The position numbers were made by a program, and so were the translations under genes. Shown piece by piece: positions 8,160 to 16,813 of a stretch of 64,000 nt of DNA. A model generated the notes under the pieces. That model was given only the letters and a program-made list of their open reading frames with translations. It was not told where the DNA came from and searched no databases. Within the stretch, counting starts at the first letter, position 1. Each line of letters opens with the position of its first letter. Where the stretch lies: the NCBI GenBank assembly GCA_044359535.1, contig JBIKLZ010000002.1, forward strand, positions 32,001 through 96,000, in the 5' to 3' direction. Source of the stretch: Chlamydiia bacterium. Lineage in GTDB: Bacteria; Chlamydiota; Chlamydiia; Chlamydiales; 2-12-FULL-49-11.

Positions 8160-9413
8160 TCAATTAGTTTTAAAAACAGCGAGCTGTTCTTTAATAAGGG
8201 AAAGTAAGCAGAGGGCTGTAAAAAATCCTAATGGAAAGATCAAAAAGGCGATGTTAAACCCTTCTGTGGAAAAAGAGGTCACCCCATCTATTGTTAAAGA
8301 AAACCTATCCATAATTGTCCCTACAAGGGGGCCAAAAAACATCGGAAGTCCCATTATAATGACAGCTCCAACACTTGTAGATGTTCCCATTAACTCTTTG
8401 TCTGCATGAGCTGTAATAAGTGGGTATCCAAGAACTTGCGAGCTTGTGAAAACCCCTAATAGAAGAAATAAAGTGATAAGAGAGAAAAGATTCATAGACT
8501 CTGTATACAAAATGACTAAAAAGATAAGGGTTGAAAAAAGGCTCCCGATAGCCATCCATTGTTTTTTACTTGAAATATTTCCAAGATACCCAAAAAGAGG
8601 GGAGCCCAAAATTGTCCCCACACAAATCATTGAAATAACAAATGAACTTTGGGTAAGAGAAATGTGATGAACTTGGGTTAAAAATAAAGAACCATAGACA
8701 GCGCCAATAATCATTAAGGGCATATTCATAAGAGAGATATAAAGGCCACAAGCAATATTTTGTTGGTTTAAAAAACTCTTTTTTAATCCTTGAAGAAGGG
8801 GAATAGAGGGAGATGAATCGCTATTTACAGCCTGATTGTCATGGACAAAGAGGGCAACAAGAAAAAGGACGAAAATACCAATAAAGCCATCAACAAATAG
8901 GGCACTTCTCCATGATAACGCTTGAGCAAGGGCAGAAAATGGGGATTGAGCGATAAAGCCTCCAAACATACCAATAGTAATTACACACCCAACGATTAAA
9001 GACTGCTTTGAAGGGCTAAACCAACGTGCAATAAGGATAATGCAACTTAAAAAACAAAAGGCATTTCCAATTCCAGAGATAAAATGGGCAAAGCACGCAC
9101 ATCCAAAATTTGGGGCTACTGCAAAGCCAAAAGTGCCAAGAATACAAAGGATCATTGCCACAAGGATCACTTTTCTTGTCGATACCTTATCAAGGATGAT
9201 CCCTGCAGGGATTAAAAAAAAGACATCGGCTAAAAGATAGGTAGAACCTAAAAGACCTACTTGCGCAGCATTTAAATTTAAGTCATCCATCAACATGGGA
9301 GCGATCGCATTTAACATGTGAAGCTGCATAAGTTCATAGGCAAAAAATAGGGCTGCAGTAAAGCATACAATGTACGGGGCCAGTTTAGGAAATGTTTTTA
9401 TAATTGCGTTCAT
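8160..9413 (-). CDS. MFS transporter, Legionella/Coxiella Pht-like
   Basis: About 12 TM segments; LFFAYELMQ, MFS motif A (AGIILDKVSTRK); RBS AGGAG; 10 nt downstream of tdk. Confidence 0.85.
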   Translation of the reverse strand: MNAIIKTFPKLAPYIVCFTAALFFAYELMQLHMLNAIAPMLMDDLNLNAAQVGLLGSTYLLADVFFLIPAGIILDKVSTRKVILVAMILCILGTFGFAVAPNFGCACFAHFISGIGNAFCFLSCIILIARWFSPSKQSLIVGCVITIGMFGGFIAQSPFSALAQALSWRSALFVDGFIGIFVLFLVALFVHDNQAVNSDSSPSIPLLQGLKKSFLNQQNIACGLYISLMNMPLMIIGAVYGSLFLTQVHHISLTQSSFVISMICVGTILGSPLFGYLGNISSKKQWMAIGSLFSTLIFLVILYTESMNLFSLITLFLLLGVFTSSQVLGYPLITAHADKELMGTSTSVGAVIIMGLPMFFGPLVGTIMDRFSLTIDGVTSFSTEGFNIAFLIFPLGFFTALCLLSLIKEQLAVFKTN

Positions 9414-9423
9414 CGATCTCTCC

Positions 9424-10035
9424 TTAATGTTGTTCTACCATCTCACCCCTTCTCATTAAAGGGATGCTTTCTTTAAAGCATTTCATACATTTTGATATAT
9501 AAGACTCATTACCCCCAATTTGAACTTGGTTCCCTTCAGTAATCGCTTCTCCTTGTGCATTTGTCCTTAAATTCATGGTGGCCTTTTTCCCACAGCTGCA
9601 AATGGTTTTAATTTCAATCAGCTCTTCAGCATACCCTAAAAGATATTTACTTCCTTCAAATAACTCCCCAAGAAAATCTGTCCTTAGACCATAACAAAGA
9701 ACCGGGATATTTAGTTCTGTAGCAATATCTGTTAATTCTATCACTTGGGACTTTGTTAAAAATTGACATTCATCAATGAGTATACAGCGCAAAGCATCAA
9801 GCTGTTTCTTTTTCTCTTCAACAAAAGGGAAAAATTGAAATTCTTTATCAAAAGAAACCGCCTCTTTAACAAGGCCCAATCTTGAATAAATCACTGAAGC
9901 CCCCCCCCTATCATCGATCTTTGCCGTAAATAATAGGGTTTGCATTCCCCTTTCTAAATAATTGTAACTGGATTGAAGAAGGGTTGTGCTTTTCCCAGCA
10001 TTCATAGCAGAGTAGTAAAAGTATAATTTTGCCAT
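9424..10035 (-). CDS. tdk: Thymidine kinase
   Basis: [37 protein letters not shown] zinc site, IGGNESY; start reset to ATG 10035. Confidence 0.97.
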   Translation of the reverse strand: MAKLYFYYSAMNAGKSTTLLQSSYNYLERGMQTLLFTAKIDDRGGASVIYSRLGLVKEAVSFDKEFQFFPFVEEKKKQLDALRCILIDECQFLTKSQVIELTDIATELNIPVLCYGLRTDFLGELFEGSKYLLGYAEELIEIKTICSCGKKATMNLRTNAQGEAITEGNQVQIGGNESYISKCMKCFKESIPLMRRGEMVEQH

Positions 10036-10079
10036 TTTTTTCCTAAAGATAAACAACGATATCATAAAGAAAAGGAAGG

Positions 10080-10733
10080 TCATTTGCAAGGAAAAGAGAA
10101 AAAATGGGTAGCTACTTCAAGATCATAAGGGGTGGTGATTTTTAGATTCTTTTCACTTCCAAAGACATAATCCACGGGAAACCCTAACTCTAAAAGAAGG
10201 GAGCAATCGTCAGTTGCCTCTTTTGTATTTATTTCATGTCCCTTTTGTAGAAGAGGTATTGAAAAGCTTTGTGGCGTTTGACCACGAAAAAATTGCTTTC
10301 TATCTGGAATGTCCTTGATCAACCCATCTTTATGAATATTAATGGTGTCGGTACAAGGGATACAGGTATTTACAGCCACAGATCCTAAAGAAAGTTTTTT
10401 AATATGGTCTTGTAAAAGTTGCAGAGTTAAAAAAGGGCGAACCCCTTCACAAATGATCACAAAATCTCCCTTGAGATTAAAAAGACCAAGACGTACTGAA
10501 TCTTGACGACAGTTTCCCCCCTCAACAAACACACAGGATGGATGAGGGTCAAAATAGGGGAGATGTTTTTTTTGACCCACAATCCGTATTTCAGAAAACA
10601 ATTGTGATTCAATTAGGGTATCTAGTGGATGCCTATAGAGTTTTTTTTCACCAAGGAAGTGAAACTGTTTTGGAAGGGAAGAACCAAAACGGCTTCCATC
10701 GCCCGCACAAAGTAAAATAGCAGCTATTTTCAT
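10080..10733 (-). CDS. ispD: IspD/TarI-family cytidylyltransferase
   Basis: [36 protein letters not shown]; the usual HD in HDGARP reads CE. Confidence 0.85.
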   Translation of the reverse strand: MKIAAILLCAGDGSRFGSSLPKQFHFLGEKKLYRHPLDTLIESQLFSEIRIVGQKKHLPYFDPHPSCVFVEGGNCRQDSVRLGLFNLKGDFVIICEGVRPFLTLQLLQDHIKKLSLGSVAVNTCIPCTDTINIHKDGLIKDIPDRKQFFRGQTPQSFSIPLLQKGHEINTKEATDDCSLLLELGFPVDYVFGSEKNLKITTPYDLEVATHFFSFPCK

Positions 10734-10746
10734 AGAATAAAAGATA

Positions 10747-11793
10747 TCAGATCAAAAGCTTTAAATCTTCAGATTTTTCCTTAAAAAGGGCTGCTCTTTT
10801 TTCCTCAATAGAAAAACTGTGATGTGGAGAGAACGCTTCTAAGTGGGCCCTTCTAACGGGGAAAAAGAGATCAAAATAATAGGTGTTTGTTTTTGATTGG
10901 ATCCACCCGAGGCAAATAGCTAAATCAATTGAACTTGCAATATCAAGAGCCTCATGAAATTCAAGACTCTTGCAAAAAAGAATCTGTCCATAGTGTTTTG
11001 ATACAGTGTTTAAAAGCTCCTTTGGGGGATTTTTTTTAAGGGCCTCATGTGCAGAAATTTCACTTTCAACTAGGGTTTTAGCAATGCTTTGAACATTTGA
11101 GCAAATATGCTTTTCGCTGACCCCTAAACAGTATTTATTTGTAGTGATGATTAAATTATGAAGGGCTTTTTTTTCTGCATTTAAGCCATGTATAAGGGTA
11201 TGATCACTTTCTTCTATGGTCTTATCTAATACATTGATTGCCGGCAGATGAAGGATCGCTTCTTTTGATAAGCCAGTTCCAAGTGTTGAAGACGATGAGG
11301 TTAAAAATCCAAATTTTTCAGAAAATGCAAAGGGGACCCTTTCTTCCATTTTTTCATTTAGGAAATGTAAAAAGGAGAGAATTTCTTCACTGCAATGTTT
11401 TTGATCATGAATAAAGAAGGTAAGGTGATCTTCTAAAAAGATAATGGCTACCACCTTGCTATTTGGATCTATAAAAATCCCCCCTTCAGGGTGCAAAACC
11501 TCTTGCTGTGATATAAAAAGGTGTTCAAAAAAAAGCTGAGAGCAGCCTTGCTCTAATTCACTGCTTTTAAAATACAGCCCCTCGGGAAAAAGTGAAAAAA
11601 GGAGATGTTTAAGTTTTTCTCCTACAAGTTTAGCATCATTTTTAGAAATTCTTTCTGAAAATGGAAATCCGGCAATATTTCTCCTTAAAACATACCTGTT
11701 TAAGGGGTAAATAGGGGATGCACTATTGATCCACGGCGTAAATCTTTCTAGAACCTCTTTAAAAGAGAGAGGGAATGTATCAGGTGCGTGCAT
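10747..11793 (-). CDS. mcsB: McsB-like ATP:guanido phosphotransferase (divergent)
   Basis: LRRNIAGFPF, EDHL, FAFSEKFGFLT, GTGL..LHLPA, RRAHL; overlaps mcsA; start reset to ATG 11793. Confidence 0.85.
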   Translation of the reverse strand: MHAPDTFPLSFKEVLERFTPWINSASPIYPLNRYVLRRNIAGFPFSERISKNDAKLVGEKLKHLLFSLFPEGLYFKSSELEQGCSQLFFEHLFISQQEVLHPEGGIFIDPNSKVVAIIFLEDHLTFFIHDQKHCSEEILSFLHFLNEKMEERVPFAFSEKFGFLTSSSSTLGTGLSKEAILHLPAINVLDKTIEESDHTLIHGLNAEKKALHNLIITTNKYCLGVSEKHICSNVQSIAKTLVESEISAHEALKKNPPKELLNTVSKHYGQILFCKSLEFHEALDIASSIDLAICLGWIQSKTNTYYFDLFFPVRRAHLEAFSPHHSFSIEEKRAALFKEKSEDLKLLI

Positions 11794-12292
11794 TTGGATT
11801 CTCCAGATGAATTTTAATTTGATCACGAATGTCTGCGGCCTCTTCAAAATGCTCAGATCGAATGGCTTCATTTAATGCCGTGTGCAACGTTTCAATCGTT
11901 TTGGAAAATTCTTGATGGGAGTTTGTTTTTGGAATAGTACCAAAGTGAAAGGGAGAATCTGCAGATAAGGCAAGTCTTGTTGGGATAATTCCTTGAGTTT
12001 GAATTTCTTCTGAAAGAGTATCTTTAAACGTTTCAGCGCAGCAATCACAACCTAGTGTTAAAGTGATCATGAACTCTTCATGGGTTGTTGCACATACGGG
12101 ACATTTTAATGCTATGTGGTTAAAAATAGGGAGGTTTAGACCTTCATCAGTTGTTGACTCGTAGAGCTTATCTTTCAATAAAGGGCAACTTTTACACATT
12201 TTTGAGCAGCGTACTTTTCCCTCTTTCATCTCTTTATAATGAACCTCAGCTTTTCTTATGCACTTATTGCATTCCATAGGTTTATCACTCAT
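11780..12292 (-). CDS. mcsA: McsA, CxxC-rich protein with a UVR domain
   Basis: Four CxxC motifs; C-terminal LNEAIRSEHFEEAADIRDQIK; RBS GGAGG before ATG 12292. Confidence 0.9.
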   Translation of the reverse strand: MSDKPMECNKCIRKAEVHYKEMKEGKVRCSKMCKSCPLLKDKLYESTTDEGLNLPIFNHIALKCPVCATTHEEFMITLTLGCDCCAETFKDTLSEEIQTQGIIPTRLALSADSPFHFGTIPKTNSHQEFSKTIETLHTALNEAIRSEHFEEAADIRDQIKIHLENPNART

Positions 12293-12413
12293 TGGCACCC
12301 TCCACATTTGCAGATACTAATTATTAAGATGTTTTTTGCAAGAAAAACACTTTATATTTGCAATAATTAAAAAAATGTTAATTATTACGTTTAACAATAA
12401 TAAAGGAATTTTT

Positions 12414-12830
12414 ATGAAAATAAAAGCAAAGAAGACGGTTTTTTATACTTTAGGATTAGGGGCTCTTTTTTTTGGGGCAACTCAACTTTATCCAAGTCAA
12501 AATGGAAATGTGCAAAACAATACTGAAGTAGAAGAGCCTTCTATGTCAGGATCTTCCTCTCAGAAAAAGGATCCGTCTATGACCCATATTTCGAAAAGAA
12601 AACAGGCAATTCGTTCTTTAAGTCCAAAAAATAAGGCGGTATTTCATACACTAAGTCAAAAGGATCAGCAGGTAGTTGTCGATTCTTATGTCAATGGGGA
12701 TGGGGCACAAAGTGGATTGAATAAGGTTTTAAGTGAGGATGCAAACAAGTACAATTCAAAGGGTGAAATGATATCTCCTGCAGAAAATAAAGATTCACCT
12801 GCAAATAGATCGTTGAAACGAAATATGTAG
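12414..12830 (+). CDS. Hypothetical exported protein, paralogue of the next gene
   Basis: RBS AAAGGA, N-terminal signal/TM segment, LSP..LS..V..Y..G..VL..D motif. Confidence 0.7.
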   Translation: MKIKAKKTVFYTLGLGALFFGATQLYPSQNGNVQNNTEVEEPSMSGSSSQKKDPSMTHISKRKQAIRSLSPKNKAVFHTLSQKDQQVVVDSYVNGDGAQSGLNKVLSEDANKYNSKGEMISPAENKDSPANRSLKRNM

Positions 12831-12836
12831 AGGTCT

Positions 12837-13190
12837 ATGAAGCGTCTTTGCCTCCTTTGCCTATATTTTGGAGCCCTTGTTTTTGCTGAACCTTTTAAAA
12901 AAGAGGGGGATGGGACTTTTTTAGAAGGGTTGCCCCCTGACCAAAAGGCTATGGTTGAAAGGCTTAGCCCTTTATATCAAAAAATTTATATATATGCATT
13001 GAGTTTCGATCAAAAAGAGGCTATTGTCGTTTTTTACAGAAGGGGTGAAAATCCCTACACAGCTATTGATAATGTCTTAAAAAGAGATAGAAAGACACAT
13101 GATTCAACACTTAAAAAACAGCCCCCTGTAAGGGGAACCACTCAAAAGTCTTCATTAAAGAAAAGTTACTTTTTTTCTTTAAAAAATTAG
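12837..13190 (+). CDS. Hypothetical exported protein
   Basis: Signal peptide MKRLCLLCLYFGALVFA; same motif as the previous gene. Confidence 0.7.
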   Translation: MKRLCLLCLYFGALVFAEPFKKEGDGTFLEGLPPDQKAMVERLSPLYQKIYIYALSFDQKEAIVVFYRRGENPYTAIDNVLKRDRKTHDSTLKKQPPVRGTTQKSSLKKSYFFSLKN

Positions 13191-13203
13191 GAAATGATAA
13201 TCA

Positions 13204-13232
13204 TTGAATTTGATATGTAATGTATCTATAAT
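13204..13232 (+). promoter_or_regulatory. Sigma66-type promoter of the RAP-domain gene
   Basis: TTGAAT-N17-TATAAT ending 9 nt before the ATG. Confidence 0.55.
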
Positions 13233-13241
13233 ATAATTATT

Positions 13242-14990
13242 ATGATTAATTTTAGAAATGACCATTATCCATCTAGGTATGGATATCTTAAAGGCCAACC
13301 TCAAGTTCCCCCCCTTGATGAACTTACCCAAAAGCTATATTTTATTTCAAAGGGTCAAAAAGGACAAACAGCAAGTGCTGTTGAAGCAATAGCTGTAAAC
13401 ATTCTTAGACATCTAAATCCAACAATTTTACAACTCAGCCGTGTATTTAATTCTTTAGCGGTTATAAAAAAAGATAAAGGTTATCAAAATCAAGCACTTA
13501 TCCAATGGGGTCTTTCTTCCTTAGAAAAAAGAGGACTTCAAAATGTAACCGATGGAGGTAATTGTTTCCAAGCTTTAGCAAAATTAGGAGAAATAAAGGA
13601 TGGGATGGAAGAAAGGTTTGTAGCTTTTTTTCAACACAATCTAGACAAGGCAGATGAAAAGGGTTTAAGTTATATCGCAAACGGACTCATACATTTAGGA
13701 TCTGAACATAAGAATGAGGGGTTAATAAGAAAAATTGATGAAATAGTACAAAAAATCTATTTACGTATGGACCCTTCAAGGAAAGTTTTATTTTTAGCGC
13801 TATTTTCAAAGTCACCATTGTTAGGAAGATTAGAGTCTCCTTTACTCCTTATAAAAAGTTTGAAGGACAAAGTAGAGAATCTAGAGATAAGAAGTATTGA
13901 AATGTTAATTTTTGCTCTTCTAAAGATGGATCAAAAACAGGGAAAGCTTAATTCAATCATGAATAGAATCCTAAAGTATGCAATGAACAATCGTTCACCT
14001 AGCGTGTATGAAAAAAGATTTGTCTTTTTAGAGTTGGCGTTATTTTATTCAATTGGTGGTCTTGCAAAACAATATATTGAAAAGATTATAAGAGATTATC
14101 TTGCTAATAGCAAGAGTATGCCATTAGAAGATACTATTACTTTGACTCGAAAAATCGGCCTACTTGATACTCAAGAGGATGTAATTATAGAAAGGCTTGT
14201 TTCAGTCACCCTTGATAATATCGATGCATTTGAACCTGATTCTTTTTTAAAACAATATATGAACCTTTCTAGGGTTGGGATTTGTAATAAAGAACTTTTT
14301 AAAAAAGTCTCTAATCAGGAGTGTTTAAAAGCGTTTAAAAAATTAACCATGAATGAAAAAAGTGCTATTTTTTGGGAAATGGTCAAAAGTGTACCTAAAA
14401 AAAGATACCGCACATTGCTTCTTCCTTTTTTTAAGGCATTGGATCTTGAACAATGTTCTAATAGTTCGAGTAAAAATTGTATGGTGTTATCCTATCACAC
14501 GTTAGAAGCTGTCTATAAGATTGATTTCCTACCTAAGGTAAAAGAGCAGATCGCTATATTTGAGAGAGAACTGATTCAATTACAAAAAAATGAAGTGCAA
14601 GCGAATAAAGCTCATCAGGACATTTCACAAACGCTAATAAAGATGGAAATAGAACATGAAAATGAAGCCTTTGTTTTAGGATTTTTTGTCGATATTTTAA
14701 TTAAAGAACCAAAAATCATCATAGAGGTCGATGGAAAGTCTCATGATATGTATAGAAGAAGGTTATCTGATAAGGTAAAAAATGAAGTTTTAAGAGCAAA
14801 TGGGTACCTTTTGCTCCGTCTTTCAGTGGATGCATTTTCAGACTTACCTGAGGATGAATTAAAGAGTATGATCAGAATAAAATTGAACGACTTGCTAAAA
14901 AGTGCAGAGGAAAAAGGGGCAACAGGATCTGCTCAAAAAAGAAAAATCTCTAATTATGAAAAGGGTATGAAAAGAAAAAGAAGTGGATGA
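13242..14990 (+). CDS. Helical-repeat protein with a C-terminal RAP/DUF559 (PD-(D/E)xK fold) domain, FASTK-like
   Basis: Repeated LS.IAN.L..LG / ALAKLG-type helical hairpins; C-terminal ENEAFVLGFFVDILIKEPKIIIEVDGKSH..K...LRANGYLLLRL. Confidence 0.75.
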   Translation: MINFRNDHYPSRYGYLKGQPQVPPLDELTQKLYFISKGQKGQTASAVEAIAVNILRHLNPTILQLSRVFNSLAVIKKDKGYQNQALIQWGLSSLEKRGLQNVTDGGNCFQALAKLGEIKDGMEERFVAFFQHNLDKADEKGLSYIANGLIHLGSEHKNEGLIRKIDEIVQKIYLRMDPSRKVLFLALFSKSPLLGRLESPLLLIKSLKDKVENLEIRSIEMLIFALLKMDQKQGKLNSIMNRILKYAMNNRSPSVYEKRFVFLELALFYSIGGLAKQYIEKIIRDYLANSKSMPLEDTITLTRKIGLLDTQEDVIIERLVSVTLDNIDAFEPDSFLKQYMNLSRVGICNKELFKKVSNQECLKAFKKLTMNEKSAIFWEMVKSVPKKRYRTLLLPFFKALDLEQCSNSSSKNCMVLSYHTLEAVYKIDFLPKVKEQIAIFERELIQLQKNEVQANKAHQDISQTLIKMEIEHENEAFVLGFFVDILIKEPKIIIEVDGKSHDMYRRRLSDKVKNEVLRANGYLLLRLSVDAFSDLPEDELKSMIRIKLNDLLKSAEEKGATGSAQKRKISNYEKGMKRKRSG

Positions 14991-15831
14991 TATTGATGGT
15001 AAAGTGTGAGAAAATTGCACTTTCAACCGATCCTGAAAAGTGAAATATCGTTCCATAAAGAATTGAACCTATAAAGCAGGCGGCTAAGAAGGGGATATTT
15101 AGACTAAAAAAGAGTTGAGTAGATGTAAAAAGAAGAGAGACAACTAAAATAGCTAGAATGGGGGCTGCTTTATTTGATAGATTCTTTGTGATCTCATTTT
15201 GTAAAAAACCTCTATAAAATACCTCTTCTGGAATGACAACAAAAAAAAGATGTATGACAAGCCAATAAAGGGTTATAGAAGGAAATTTTACATCTAGTTC
15301 CACTAAATGACTAAATTTTGAAAAACCAAGGAGGATAAATGCGCTAAAAGCTATCCAGGGGATGCAGATAAGGAGGGTATGTTTCCACTGCTCTTTGGTT
15401 TTTAGAACCTGAATGTATAAACCAAGGATCAAAATAGCAAGAGAGGCTCTATCAAAATTAAGATAGATATTCATTGGAACAGAGGATGAGCCAAAAGTGA
15501 TTTCTTTAAACAGCAAAAGATTATGAAAACCACCAATCATATGGGTCATCAATCCTACCCCAATAATAGCAATTGTCATTGAAGAAAAAAGATGGACAAA
15601 CCTTTTTAAATTAAACTTTAAAAAAACAAGGGCAATGAGAAGAAGGGTAATAGGGAAAAGGGATGGATAGGTGACTATCCCTCCGTAGTATCCAAAGACG
15701 TAGCTTACTATGTATAAAGGGATGAAAAGGGCGTACTTAGGAACTACCCAGCAGCTTACTAGTGTGCATAAAAGAAAGAAGTATGAGGCAAAAGCAAGGG
15801 GGTTAGAAAAGAGTATAGATAGTGTGCTCAT
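14950..15831 (-). CDS. CPBP (Abi/CAAX) family intramembrane protease-like protein
   Basis: Polytopic membrane protein; PEEVFYRGFLQ and HFTIN motifs. Confidence 0.88.
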   Translation of the reverse strand: MSTLSILFSNPLAFASYFFLLCTLVSCWVVPKYALFIPLYIVSYVFGYYGGIVTYPSLFPITLLLIALVFLKFNLKRFVHLFSSMTIAIIGVGLMTHMIGGFHNLLLFKEITFGSSSVPMNIYLNFDRASLAILILGLYIQVLKTKEQWKHTLLICIPWIAFSAFILLGFSKFSHLVELDVKFPSITLYWLVIHLFFVVIPEEVFYRGFLQNEITKNLSNKAAPILAILVVSLLFTSTQLFFSLNIPFLAACFIGSILYGTIFHFSGSVESAIFSHFTINIIHFFFFSYPFHN

Positions 15832-15853
15832 AATGTCAATATAGGGTTCTATC

Positions 15854-16813
15854 TTATTTCTGTAAAGGGTGTTCTAAATAATGTAATATTTCTTTAAGGA
15901 TCCTTTGATTGTGATATTCCCAAGAAAAAAGCTGTACAGTTTCAGACTGATTAAAAGTAATAATCGCATCAATATAGGTCATGTAGGTTTTTTCATCCAT
16001 TGTAGCAAGAAATGTGTGAAGCTCCTCTAAGGTACTAAAATTTCTTGCATCAATAAAGGTCTCTTTAGGAATAAGATCTGTGATTTTTGAGGAGCCTAAG
16101 TAAATAGGGACACATAGATTATTAAAAGATTCAAAAATTTTTTCAGAAATATAATAGTGATCATTTAACCAATTTTCATAGCAAATATTGAATTTATGCT
16201 CTTTAAAAACAGTGGTTTTATCCTCTGCCATCCCTTTAAATATTGGATCAAACCCCCTTTCCCAACCCCGTTTTCCATATAAAGAAAAACAGGAGGGGTG
16301 ATATTTTCTATAGAATTTGCAAATTTTTTTTCTTGAAGAGTATAGTTCTTTGGGATGGCTTCTTGTTAAGTGTGAATTGACCATACAGAGAAGTTTTCTT
16401 TCCGAAAACGGGAGAAGATCAAAAGATGTAAAATCTGTTTTATGATCGCAAGGATAGTAAAATTTTTTTATTTTTTCACCCACAGATAGATCATGGTTCC
16501 ATGTAAAAATAGATAAGTACTCTTTGTACTCATCAAAATATTCATGACTTTTTACTATCACAGGGGGTTCAAAGGTAGAAATAATTGTTTTGTATCTATA
16601 ATCCTTTAAGAAGGGTTTTATGTTACAACTCACAAGTAGGTCATAGGCATCAAAATCGCCATCCTTCCAGATCAAATCCACTTTGTGACCAAGGGGAGTA
16701 AGGTGTGCTTCAAGGAAAGGTTTGATATAAGGGGCCTTATGGGTCCACCCTAAAACACCTACATTTGCTCCAAAAAGAGATAGGGAGGAAAAAAGATAAA
16801 GGATATATTTCAT
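15854..16813 (-). CDS. Glycosyltransferase family 10 (alpha-1,3-fucosyltransferase-like) with signal peptide
   Basis: HKFNICYEN..YISEKIFESF..CVPIYLG..IPKETFIDARNF. Confidence 0.88.
   Translation of the reverse strand: MKYILYLFSSLSLFGANVGVLGWTHKAPYIKPFLEAHLTPLGHKVDLIWKDGDFDAYDLLVSCNIKPFLKDYRYKTIISTFEPPVIVKSHEYFDEYKEYLSIFTWNHDLSVGEKIKKFYYPCDHKTDFTSFDLLPFSERKLLCMVNSHLTRSHPKELYSSRKKICKFYRKYHPSCFSLYGKRGWERGFDPIFKGMAEDKTTVFKEHKFNICYENWLNDHYYISEKIFESFNNLCVPIYLGSSKITDLIPKETFIDARNFSTLEELHTFLATMDEKTYMTYIDAIITFNQSETVQLFSWEYHNQRILKEILHYLEHPLQK

Noticed and set aside
7735-8160. tRNA-anchored genomic island or prophage
   Set aside because: No integrase and no duplicated tRNA 3' end seen
9900-9908. C9 run in tdk and G9 run in sufS (27936-27944) as phase-variation tracts
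   Set aside because: They encode Gly-rich sequence in enzymes with intact frames, and G/C runs are common in this window
13242-15831. RAP/DUF559 gene plus Abi-family protease as an anti-phage defence pair
   Set aside because: The genes are convergent, CPBP membership does not imply defence, and no other defence genes are nearby
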